NCBI GenBank assembly: GCA_965217115.1
Contig: OZ244239.1
Span: 1,920,001 to 1,984,000, forward strand
DNA from: Bdellovibrionales bacterium
GTDB taxonomy: Bacteria > Bdellovibrionota > Bdellovibrionia > Bdellovibrionales > CAYMLA01
Reading direction: 5' to 3'
DNA length: 64,000 nt
The notes under the pieces are model-generated. The model saw nothing but the letters and a program-made list of their open reading frames with translations, was not told where the DNA came from and made no database searches. The translations under genes were made by a program, and so were the position numbers. Positions 31,572 to 40,882 of the stretch are shown here, piece after piece (the first letter of the stretch is position 1; the number at the start of each line of letters is the position of its first letter).

Positions 31572-34238
31572 GTGCAACCGCAGAAAATATATTTAAAAGA
31601 TTATCAGAGATCAGATTTTCTTATTGAAACCGTGACGATTCAATTTGATCTTTACGAAAGTCATACGCGAGTTACGAATGAGATGGTTTTTTATCAAAAT
31701 AAAGAGATAGAGAGAATATCTAATGATCTCTCTCTGGATGGAGATGGTTTAGAAATTTTGAGTCTAAAAATAATGTCAATAGAGGATTCAGATGCGTCTA
31801 ATGGTGAATGGAATGTGTTAAAGGAAACAGAGTACAGCAAGTCTAAGAATGGGTTAAAGATATGTCATGTTCCAGAGAAATTTAAGTTGCAAGTGGTAAC
31901 AAAGATTTTTCCGGAGAAGAACACTTCCTGTGAGGGTCTTTATAAATCTGATGGATTTTATGTGACTCAAAATGAAGCTCAGGGTTTTCGTAAAATAACT
32001 TACTTCCTCGATCGTCCAGATGTGATGTCATTGTATAAAACGGTAATAACTGCGGATAAAGAAAAGTACCCTGTCTTGTTATCCAATGGGAATTTGCTAG
32101 AAGAAAAAACTTTGCAGGGAGGTCGCCATCAAGTTGTGTGGGAAGACCCTTTTAAGAAGCCTTGCTATCTTTATGCACTTGTGGCTGGGGACATGGGCAT
32201 GATTAGAGGTGCGTTTGTAACAAAGAGTGGGCGCCATGTAGATTTACGTATTTATAGCAATAGAGGAAACGAAGATCGTTGTTCTTATGCGATGGAGTCT
32301 TTGCAGCGTTCAATGAAGTGGGATGAAGAGCGCTTTGGCTTAGAGTATGATTTGGATATTTATATGATTGTGGCAGTGAATAGTTTTAATGCAGGAGCGA
32401 TGGAGAACAAAGGGTTGAATATTTTCAATGCGAGCTATGTTTTGGTAGATTCGCAGACAGCGACAGATAGTGATTTTCGCAATGTAGAAGCTGTGGTAGG
32501 CCATGAGTATTTTCATAATTGGACTGGAAATCGTATTACGTTGAGAGATTGGTTTCAGTTAAGCTTAAAAGAAGGACTAACGGTGTTTAGAGATCAGGAG
32601 TTTGTCTCTGACCTCCACTCTCGAAGTGTAAAAAGAATTGATGATGCGAAGCACCTGCGGAATAGCCAATTTGCTGAGGACGCTGGTCCGATGGCCCATC
32701 CTGTGAGACCAGAGTCGGTGTTTTCTGTGGATAATCTTTTTTCATTAACGATTTATGAGAAAGGAGCTGAGCTTATTCGCATGCTTTATACTTTCTTGGG
32801 GAGAGAGGGGTTTTGCCAAGGGATAGGTAAGTATGTGGAGCTTTACGATGGGCAGGCGGTGACGACAGATAATTTCATACATGCTATGGAGTTGTCTAGT
32901 GGTCGTGAGTTTTCTCAATTTTGTCGTTGGTACAGTCAAGCAGGGACTCCAAAATTATCTGTTCAAGGTGATTATAATGAAAAGGATCAAGTCTATACAC
33001 TAGAGATGGAGCAGTCTTGTGAGTCCACTCCAGATCAACCGGGGGACTTAAAAGAACCTTTTTATTTTCCTTTATCAATGGGTCTTTTAGGGGAGGATGG
33101 CGAAGAGCTAAATTTAGTTATTAATGGTAAAAATTTAGGAAAAGAGGCAACGTTGACAGTTTCAGAGAGAAGGCATCTTTTTAAGTTTGAGGGTGTAAAG
33201 AGAAAACCTATCCCGTCTTTCTTAAGAGAATTCTCCAGTCCGATTCATTTAGAGTTTAATTATAGCGATGATGAGTTGAGTTTTTTAATGGTTCATGAAA
33301 AAGACTCTTTTGTTCAATGGGAGGCGATGCAAGAGTTGACCTTGCGTGTGCTTAGAGAAAAAGTCGATCCTCTCAGAGATGGAAGCGGGGAAACTGAGGC
33401 TTTGGCTAGTTATTTACAGGCTTATGGGGCCTTGTTAAAGAGAGAAGATTTAGATTTAGCTTATAAAGCACAGCTCATAGAGCTTCCGAATTTGAGTTAT
33501 TTAGCAGAGACAATTGGGTGGCATCATTTGGAGAGGGTCTGCGAAGCCAGAGTTTTCTTATCGAGGGCTTTATTTGAGATCTATGAAAGGTCCTTTTTGG
33601 ATATTTATAGCCGTTTAAATATTGTGAATGACTATGATTTATCTCACGCAGAGATAGGGCGTAGAAGCTTAAAAAAATGTTGTCTGCAGTTTTTATTAGA
33701 GGGATCGGAGAGTTACAATGCTCTTGGTGTAGAGCAATTTAAGAAAGCTAATAATATGACAGACAAATTAAGTGCTTTATCAGCGCTATCTCGTAGAGAG
33801 AGTTCTGAGGCTTCAAAACTGCGGGAAGAATTTTATAATGAGTACAAAGGTAAGCCGTTGGTTTTTAATAAATTTTTAAAAGTAGTGGCTCACGCTGAAT
33901 CTACGGGTTTAGATGAGTTAAGGGAAGTGGCAGAGCTTCCTGAATTTGACATGAATAATCCTAATTGTGTTCACAGTCTTTTCCATGGGTTTGCCTCTCA
34001 AAATATAAAGTCATTCCATAATGGGGATAATGACTGTTATGGTTTTTTTGTGAACTTAATCTCAGACAGAGATAGGGAAAATGCCCATGTCGGGTCTCGT
34101 TTGGCTTCGGTGTTTAATATATGGAAAAAATTGAGTATTGAACGCCAGGAAAGAATAGAGCCGCTGCTTAAAGGCCTTATTGATGGTGGCAAATTGTCAA
34201 GTAATAGCTACGAAATAATTTCTAAAAGTTTTCCGTGA
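31572..34238 (+). CDS. pepN: Aminopeptidase N
   Basis: GAMENKGLN, HEYFHNWTGNR..E zinc motif, YEKGAE. Confidence 0.97.
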   Translation: MQPQKIYLKDYQRSDFLIETVTIQFDLYESHTRVTNEMVFYQNKEIERISNDLSLDGDGLEILSLKIMSIEDSDASNGEWNVLKETEYSKSKNGLKICHVPEKFKLQVVTKIFPEKNTSCEGLYKSDGFYVTQNEAQGFRKITYFLDRPDVMSLYKTVITADKEKYPVLLSNGNLLEEKTLQGGRHQVVWEDPFKKPCYLYALVAGDMGMIRGAFVTKSGRHVDLRIYSNRGNEDRCSYAMESLQRSMKWDEERFGLEYDLDIYMIVAVNSFNAGAMENKGLNIFNASYVLVDSQTATDSDFRNVEAVVGHEYFHNWTGNRITLRDWFQLSLKEGLTVFRDQEFVSDLHSRSVKRIDDAKHLRNSQFAEDAGPMAHPVRPESVFSVDNLFSLTIYEKGAELIRMLYTFLGREGFCQGIGKYVELYDGQAVTTDNFIHAMELSSGREFSQFCRWYSQAGTPKLSVQGDYNEKDQVYTLEMEQSCESTPDQPGDLKEPFYFPLSMGLLGEDGEELNLVINGKNLGKEATLTVSERRHLFKFEGVKRKPIPSFLREFSSPIHLEFNYSDDELSFLMVHEKDSFVQWEAMQELTLRVLREKVDPLRDGSGETEALASYLQAYGALLKREDLDLAYKAQLIELPNLSYLAETIGWHHLERVCEARVFLSRALFEIYERSFLDIYSRLNIVNDYDLSHAEIGRRSLKKCCLQFLLEGSESYNALGVEQFKKANNMTDKLSALSALSRRESSEASKLREEFYNEYKGKPLVFNKFLKVVAHAESTGLDELREVAELPEFDMNNPNCVHSLFHGFASQNIKSFHNGDNDCYGFFVNLISDRDRENAHVGSRLASVFNIWKKLSIERQERIEPLLKGLIDGGKLSSNSYEIISKSFP

Positions 34239-34464
34239 TTTTTTGAATATAATTATGGGCTTTTTATGGGGGTGGGTGGGAATTCTCTTCTGGAGCTATT
34301 CCCTAATCCCATTGTTTTTATTGATAAAAGGGAGTTTGAAGGGGGAGGGGCTAAAAAATAACGCGTAGAGTCACAGGATTGAGCTATAGTTGGAGTTTTC
34401 ACAAAAAAAAATGTACTCTTTATACCTACTTTGCGAACCTTTTCTGGGGGAGCTAAGGGGGGTC

Positions 34465-35196
34465 ATGCTTAGATTTAGAAAATTGGAAACAGAGGCAGAT
34501 CTACAGGAATTCTGTGATAGTTACGGTCGTTCTGTTAGCAAGAGAATCGGCGAAAATTATCGCACCACCCTAGCTGGAGCGATGAAAAAGACGAAGGTCG
34601 TTGGGGTTTACCAGAACGGAGAGATGATTGGTGGTTATGCTCTGAGTAAAGTGCCCCACACAGCACTGGGCCTTCTCACTGAAGAGAATAAAAATAAAAT
34701 GAGAGAGATGGCACCTCTTGAGTCGTTCTGCGATTTAGGGAGTATTTGGAAAAAAAAGGGATTCTCAAAGTTTCTTTTTAAGAATATTGTCTGGCCTAGA
34801 ATTATGTTGGAGACTCTTTTCTTTTATCCTAGCAAGAAAAACATCATCGGTTATGTGGCGACAGGACATGGTCGAGCAGATGCCTACTTTCTTGCGAAGC
34901 CAGTCTATCTACAAAACTCAACTGTTACGGGTGAGGTGAATGTTTTTGTTTTAGATAGAAAAACTTTATTACTTGCTTTTTTGGCGGCCTTCCTCGTTGA
35001 GTCGTTTGTAAAACCTTTTAAGCGTTTAATAAAAAAAACCCACACTCCCCCAGAGAGCAAACAAGTTTTTAAACAGAATTTAGATTTCGACTTTAAGGAA
35101 GATAGCCAAAGAGATAAAGGTCGAGATAGAGATAGAGATAGAGATGTCCTTCCTCAAGAGGAAGGGTTTAAAGAAGATTTTAGTGATCTCACTTAA
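34465..35196 (+). CDS. Hypothetical protein, possible GNAT-like fold
   Basis: MLRFRKLET.ADL..F start and VVGVYQNGEMIGGY beta-hairpin pattern; ATG 34465 after a G-rich RBS. Confidence 0.55.
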   Translation: MLRFRKLETEADLQEFCDSYGRSVSKRIGENYRTTLAGAMKKTKVVGVYQNGEMIGGYALSKVPHTALGLLTEENKNKMREMAPLESFCDLGSIWKKKGFSKFLFKNIVWPRIMLETLFFYPSKKNIIGYVATGHGRADAYFLAKPVYLQNSTVTGEVNVFVLDRKTLLLAFLAAFLVESFVKPFKRLIKKTHTPPESKQVFKQNLDFDFKEDSQRDKGRDRDRDRDVLPQEEGFKEDFSDLT

Positions 35197-35884
35197 AAGG
35201 GAGTTTCTTCTCGAAATTTTCTCGGTTTTCTTTATTCTCTTTATTCCTGGTATTGTTTGGGGCATCACATTTTTATTTGCAATTCAGTCTTTCCAAGAAG
35301 CGCGATACGAGGCCCTTCTTCTTTTACCTTTTGTGGCCTCTTTAACCTGTATATTAGTGGTCTTTCTTTTTAGGCTTCTATTGCCTAAATTAAAGCCAGG
35401 AATTTATGACACCAAGACAGATTTAATGCCTGTTTTTTGGTATCTCCATATGTGTCTCAACAGAGGTGCTATATCAACAGGGCTTTTGTTTATTATCAGA
35501 AGTTCCAATATTTTAAAATATCTCCATTTAAAAGCTCTTGGTGCTAAAGTGGCTTATACTGCCAAGTACTCAATGGATTTGGTGATTTCAGACCCCTCCT
35601 TAGTTACTATAGAAAGTGATGTTGCTATAGGAGGGCAGTGTTTCATAGCTTCTCACCTTGTCATTGGTAGAAGACTTGTCTTAGGAAAGGTTCATTTAAA
35701 AAGAGGGGCCTTTATTGCTTATGGGAATGTGATCGCTCAAGGAACTGTTGTTGGAGAAAAAGCTGTCATTGGTATTGGGAATTATCTTTATCGAGATAAA
35801 ATTCCAGACAACGAGAAGCTTGGTCGTTTCGCTTGGTCAAAAGGGTCTCCTAAAGCTCGAGAAGCTACTGGACAAAAACCATAG
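35144..35884 (+). CDS. Membrane-anchored left-handed beta-helix (hexapeptide) acyltransferase-like protein
   Basis: Two TM segments, LKPGIY, LGAKV, DPSLVTIESDVAIG...ASH, hexapeptide repeats; start may be GTG near 35183. Confidence 0.75.
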   Translation: MSFLKRKGLKKILVISLKREFLLEIFSVFFILFIPGIVWGITFLFAIQSFQEARYEALLLLPFVASLTCILVVFLFRLLLPKLKPGIYDTKTDLMPVFWYLHMCLNRGAISTGLLFIIRSSNILKYLHLKALGAKVAYTAKYSMDLVISDPSLVTIESDVAIGGQCFIASHLVIGRRLVLGKVHLKRGAFIAYGNVIAQGTVVGEKAVIGIGNYLYRDKIPDNEKLGRFAWSKGSPKAREATGQKP

Positions 35885-36130
35885 AAAATCTTATCAGCCC
35901 AGGCTTTATGGAATTCAATCAGCACGACAGATGAGTTGTTCACAATAAGTGCAGTCATTCAAAATAGCCTGACAGACTCCTATGAACCCCCTTGGGCTTT
36001 AGGAAAAGAACCTGACTCCGCCTTTGTTAACTATGGGTTTGGCCTATGATAATAAATGAAGTGACCTCTTTTAAGGGATGTTCTAGAATATAGCAGATTT
36101 AAACCTTTCTTTGCTGGAGTTGGAGGAATA

Positions 36131-37666
36131 GTGATCAAACTCTCTCAGATATTTATTCTTAGTTTCAGTGTATTTTTTCTTCAAACCTCTGTTGTTTCGG
36201 CTAATCTTTCTGGAGATGCTAAGGGGATTTTGAAGGTTTTGCCACAGAAAAAACTTACTTTAGACATGGTTCTTCAGCAGGGTCTGAACTCAGACAGTTT
36301 TGAAATCATTGGAGTTCAAGGATTGCAAAAGGAATTATTGAATTTTTCAAGAAGAGCCCCCCTGGCCGTGGGGTTTTCAGGCCGTATCGTCGAGGGGAGT
36401 GATAAATCGTCGCCCCATCGCCCTGGCTCATCTTACAACGCCCAGTCTCTAATAGGTGCTCTAAGTGTGAGTAAGGCTTTTTTATCAGGAACATCTCTCT
36501 CGTTGCAGTCTAATTATCAGAACATAGATTCTCGTTCCACATCCTTTCTAGGGCAAGGTGACGGAATCCACTCTCAGTATCATGAGAATAAAATTGTATT
36601 CAATCTAAGACAGGATTTGTGGAAAAATTCTTTTGGTTATGCCACGAGAAAATCTTTGGAATCCTTAGAGGTCCAAGAGAGAAATGTGACTAACGAAGTT
36701 TCTGTGAATATCGAGAATTGGGCCTATGAGCTCTTGCATAACTACTACAACACCTGGTTGTTTCAATCTAGAGTTAAGGTTGAGGAAGAAAATGATCAAC
36801 GGCAGAGGCGGTTGCGTAAAGTCACGAAGTTGAAACTTCAGAGGGGGACAGCCGAGAGACCAGATTTTTTACAGGCTAAGAGCGCTGAGAAAAACACTTA
36901 CCAAAATTTAAAGAGGGCAGAGCAGGATTTGGGCAATATGTGGCGTCATCTCGTTGTGACATTAAAATTCCCTGAAAAGTGGTTGGATATAGATCCGCTT
37001 TTAGTTTCCATAGAATTGGATGAACCTATTCCTCAAGCTGAGAGTTTTTGTCGACAACCACTTGATTTAGGTTCTAATTTAAAAATAATTTCTTTGAGGG
37101 AAAAATCTAAGGCGGCTCGGTTGAATCTAGCTGCGGCCAAAAACAAGCTATTGCCTGATGTTTATTTTGGACTAAAGCTGACATCTAATGGAGTTAAATC
37201 TGCAGATGGGGGTTATCCTCTTAAAGACTCGTTGGAGAATAAAAACAGGGGAGTGTTTGTAGAACTAGGTGTTTCTATTCCTATGGGCAATTATGAGAAT
37301 AAAGCAAACCTTGTTAGAGCGACGATGAGTGAAAGATCCACAAGATATAGTTTATCAAATATAGAGGGAGATTTGAAAATCAATTGGAAGGGTCAGTGTT
37401 TGAATTTAAAACGCTTGATAGAGAAGAGAGAAAAATTAAAATCAATCCGTATGATGCAAAAACAGAGGGTTGAATTAGAAGAAAAACGTTTTCGTGTGGG
37501 ACAGGTCGCTATATTTAATGTAATTCAGGCGGGCAATGACGCTGCCTTGGCAGATTTTTCGTTGAAACGATCAGAAGTAGAGGTGCGTTTATCTGCTTGG
37601 GAAATATTAAAAATGGGTGGAGAGTTGACGGCCCATCTTAAAAAATTGATGGGTAATAGAAAATGA
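36131..37666 (+). CDS. TolC-family outer membrane efflux protein
   Basis: Signal peptide, LRQDLWKN, LLPDV, GVSIP, RFRVG, helical repeats. Confidence 0.8.
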   Translation: MIKLSQIFILSFSVFFLQTSVVSANLSGDAKGILKVLPQKKLTLDMVLQQGLNSDSFEIIGVQGLQKELLNFSRRAPLAVGFSGRIVEGSDKSSPHRPGSSYNAQSLIGALSVSKAFLSGTSLSLQSNYQNIDSRSTSFLGQGDGIHSQYHENKIVFNLRQDLWKNSFGYATRKSLESLEVQERNVTNEVSVNIENWAYELLHNYYNTWLFQSRVKVEEENDQRQRRLRKVTKLKLQRGTAERPDFLQAKSAEKNTYQNLKRAEQDLGNMWRHLVVTLKFPEKWLDIDPLLVSIELDEPIPQAESFCRQPLDLGSNLKIISLREKSKAARLNLAAAKNKLLPDVYFGLKLTSNGVKSADGGYPLKDSLENKNRGVFVELGVSIPMGNYENKANLVRATMSERSTRYSLSNIEGDLKINWKGQCLNLKRLIEKREKLKSIRMMQKQRVELEEKRFRVGQVAIFNVIQAGNDAALADFSLKRSEVEVRLSAWEILKMGGELTAHLKKLMGNRK

Positions 37667-40600
37667 AATGGCTAATTGATTACTTTGCACGGCAGGGGAT
37701 TTTTTCCAATGTAATTACTTTTTTGGTATTTATTCTTGGAATTCTGTCATTAATAACAATCAATCGAGAGGCTTTTCCCAATATCAAATTTGATATGATT
37801 GTCGTGAACACGATCTATCCTGGAGCCTCCTCTGAAGAGGTGGAGAAATTGGTGACAAACCCCTTGGAGCAAGAATTTAAGAGTATTGACGGTGTAAAGA
37901 AGATAACTTCTGTTTCTATTGAGAGTCGCAGTTCTATTATATTGCAATTAGATCCGGATCAAACGACAGAGGAAGACGCGAGGCGTGACGTTCGAGAGGC
38001 ACTGGACCGTGTAACAGATTTACCGGCTGGAGCTGAGAATCCGTTGATTGTAGTTATAAATAGCAAGGTAACACCAACCATAGAAGTGACATTGAGTAGT
38101 AAGCCCAACAATCGATTGAGTGAAGATCAAATGAGAGAGCAGGTAAAACTTGTAGAGGAAAAGCTACATGAATTATCTGGTGTGAGTCGTATTAGCAGAA
38201 ATGGCTATAGAAAAAGAGAGATTAAAGTAAAAGCGAATCTTTTAAAGTTGCAAAGTTATCATATCTCTTTACAGGATTTAATAAGGGTACTGGGGGCGGA
38301 GAACTCTTCTATTCCAGGGGGTGTTTTTCAATCTAAGGTGACTGGTAAAAATATACTGATTCGAACAGTGGGTGATTTTTTAAATACGGATGATGTGGGC
38401 GACACAATTATTCGATCAAATGCTTTGGGACAGGTTGTTCGTGTAAGAGATGTTGCTAAGGTGAGCATGGGGTTTGAGGAAGCCAAGGTGATCTATCATT
38501 CTGGTGGCAAAAAAGCTATTAATTTAGTGATTTTTAAAAAAGATGGAGCCGATGCGATCGATCTAGTGAATCTTATAAAGCAAGAGCTTGATCAAGATAA
38601 AGCGAGTTTTCATAAGGGGCTAGAAGTTAATTATGTAAATGATCTATCCTATTACATTCGTCGTCGCTTGTCTGTTCTATCGAGCAATATGCTCATTGGT
38701 TTAGTGTTAGTATTGACTATTTTATCTTTTATTTTACCAGGGAGAGTGGCTTTAATCACTTCGTTGGGAATTCCATTTTCATTTTTTGCCACATTTCTTT
38801 ATTTTGGGAATATGGGGATATCATTAAACCTTTTGACCATGATTGGTTTAATTATTGTGGTTGGAATGTTAGTGGATGATGCCGTAGTTGTTACAGAGAA
38901 TGTGCAAAGATACGCAGAAAAAGGTTTGTCTCCTATGGATGCGGCGATTAAGGGCACTCAGCAAATATGGGCGCCAGTGACGGCCTCAGTGATGACAACA
39001 GTTGTGGCTTTCACGCCTATGCTGTTTATGTCTGGAATTACAGGGAAGTTCATGAAATTTATTCCCCTTGGAGTGATCTTAGCATTGCTTTTTAGTTTGT
39101 ATGAATGTTTTTTTATTTTGCCCCATCATCTGGCGAATTGGATAAAAAAGGGAGATTCTGAAAAAGCTCAACAGAGAAAACTGGTCAAGTGGTGGAATCA
39201 AAGAGCCATTCCTAGTTATGGGCATTTTATGAAAAAGGTGCTGGAGCGTCGCTATCTGGTGGTGTCGATTTCATTTGCATTGTTCTTGGCAACGATTTTT
39301 TTGGCGACAAGGATGACATTTATTTTATTTCCGGCAAGTGGGGTAGAGGTTTTCCAAATTCGCTTTGATGCTCCCCTTGGGACTTCGATGGATAAAACAT
39401 TGGAGATAATAAAGCCTATAGAAGCTATTGTGGCAAAATTAAGAAAAGATGAAGTAAAGAATTTTACAACTCAAGTAGGGCTTCAACAGGAGAATCCGAC
39501 TGATCCGAGTACAAAGCGTGGAGATGAGTACGGACAGATTAATGTTTATCTGACTCCAGCAACAAGTAGAGAGCGTCGAGCCGATGAGATTATTGATGAT
39601 CTAAGAAAGAGGGTAGGGAAAATACCTGGATTGGAGAAGTTGACGTATTCACAGAAACAGGGGGGGCCTCCTGTTGGGAAAGCTGTGAGTTTAGGTGTTC
39701 GGGGGAAGTCCTACCAAGATATTTTACCAGCGGTGGAATCGGTGAAGGCTTTTTTAAAGACAATTAAGGGGACTTTTGATGTTGATGACTCTTATTTGGT
39801 GGGTAAGTCAGAGTTACAGATAAAAGTGGATTCAGTGGAGGCGGCGGCGGCATCATTGTCTCTGGCCAGTATTGGTAACTCTGTTCGTGCGGCCTATGAA
39901 GGTGTGGTGGCAACGAGTATCCGTGAATTGGATGAAAAGATTGATGTTCGAGTCTCTCTGGAAAACCAAGAAAAAGACTCTAAATCATCTTTGATGTCCA
40001 TGCTCATTCCTAATCAAAGAGGAAACTTAGTCGCTTTAAATCGTGTGGCGCGTTTGGAGCACTCTGAAGGGGTAGCGCTCTATGAGCACGAAAACAATCA
40101 ACGTCAAGTGAAGGTGACGGCAGGAGTAAATGAGAAGGTAACAAGCTCTGGAGAGGTCAATAGTTTACTACGTTCTGAGTTGAATAATTTCCGTCAAAAG
40201 CACTCGAATGTTGATTATTTCTTTGGTGGAGAGGACCAAGATAGCAGAGATAGCATAGCTTCTTTGACGAAAGCATTTGTCATCGCTGCCATGGGTATTT
40301 TTATGATTCTAATATTAACTTTTAGAAATATTTTTCAACCTTTTTTAGTTCTTTTTGTGACAATTCCCTTGGGGATCATGACTGTGGTTTGGACATTTTA
40401 TCTCCATGGTCGTCCATTGACATTTTTAGGAATGTTGGGAGTTGTAGCGCTAGCGGGGGTGATTGTGAACAATGCCATTGTTCTGGTGTCGTTTATTAAT
40501 GAAGAGCGGAAAAATGGTGTAGACCGCTTTACGAGTATTGTTAACGGGGCTAAGATGCGTTTACGTCCGATATTTTTGACAACTTTGACGACTGTGGCGG

Positions 40601-40788
40601 GGATTTTGCCGACGGCCTACGGTTGGGGAGGGCTTGACCCTTTTGTGGTGCCGATAGCTCTTGGTTTGGGATGGGGTATTTTCTTTGGAGCATTTCTAAC
40701 AACGATTGTATTTCCAGCGAGTTTAGCGGTATTAGATGATATTCATATTCTTATAAATAAAAAACTCTCCCATATCTTTGGAATATAG
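37663..40788 (+). CDS. RND efflux transporter permease (AcrB/AcrD/AcrF family)
   Basis: YPGAS.EEVE, GMLVDDAVVV.EN, GVIVNNAI, RLRPIFLT. Confidence 0.95.
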   Translation: MKWLIDYFARQGIFSNVITFLVFILGILSLITINREAFPNIKFDMIVVNTIYPGASSEEVEKLVTNPLEQEFKSIDGVKKITSVSIESRSSIILQLDPDQTTEEDARRDVREALDRVTDLPAGAENPLIVVINSKVTPTIEVTLSSKPNNRLSEDQMREQVKLVEEKLHELSGVSRISRNGYRKREIKVKANLLKLQSYHISLQDLIRVLGAENSSIPGGVFQSKVTGKNILIRTVGDFLNTDDVGDTIIRSNALGQVVRVRDVAKVSMGFEEAKVIYHSGGKKAINLVIFKKDGADAIDLVNLIKQELDQDKASFHKGLEVNYVNDLSYYIRRRLSVLSSNMLIGLVLVLTILSFILPGRVALITSLGIPFSFFATFLYFGNMGISLNLLTMIGLIIVVGMLVDDAVVVTENVQRYAEKGLSPMDAAIKGTQQIWAPVTASVMTTVVAFTPMLFMSGITGKFMKFIPLGVILALLFSLYECFFILPHHLANWIKKGDSEKAQQRKLVKWWNQRAIPSYGHFMKKVLERRYLVVSISFALFLATIFLATRMTFILFPASGVEVFQIRFDAPLGTSMDKTLEIIKPIEAIVAKLRKDEVKNFTTQVGLQQENPTDPSTKRGDEYGQINVYLTPATSRERRADEIIDDLRKRVGKIPGLEKLTYSQKQGGPPVGKAVSLGVRGKSYQDILPAVESVKAFLKTIKGTFDVDDSYLVGKSELQIKVDSVEAAAASLSLASIGNSVRAAYEGVVATSIRELDEKIDVRVSLENQEKDSKSSLMSMLIPNQRGNLVALNRVARLEHSEGVALYEHENNQRQVKVTAGVNEKVTSSGEVNSLLRSELNNFRQKHSNVDYFFGGEDQDSRDSIASLTKAFVIAAMGIFMILILTFRNIFQPFLVLFVTIPLGIMTVVWTFYLHGRPLTFLGMLGVVALAGVIVNNAIVLVSFINEERKNGVDRFTSIVNGAKMRLRPIFLTTLTTVAGILPTAYGWGGLDPFVVPIALGLGWGIFFGAFLTTIVFPASLAVLDDIHILINKKLSHIFGI

Positions 40789-40882
40789 CCATGGCAGTTG
40801 TACTGATCAGATAGAGAGATATTAAGAGCACTCTTCTCCTGAAAGACTTGCATCCTTTTGGAGTGCCTGGCAATCTATTGTT

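Noticed and set aside
35123..35145. (GAGATA)n microsatellite as a phase-variation switch
   Set aside because: A hexamer unit keeps the frame and only alters an RD run in a disordered tail.
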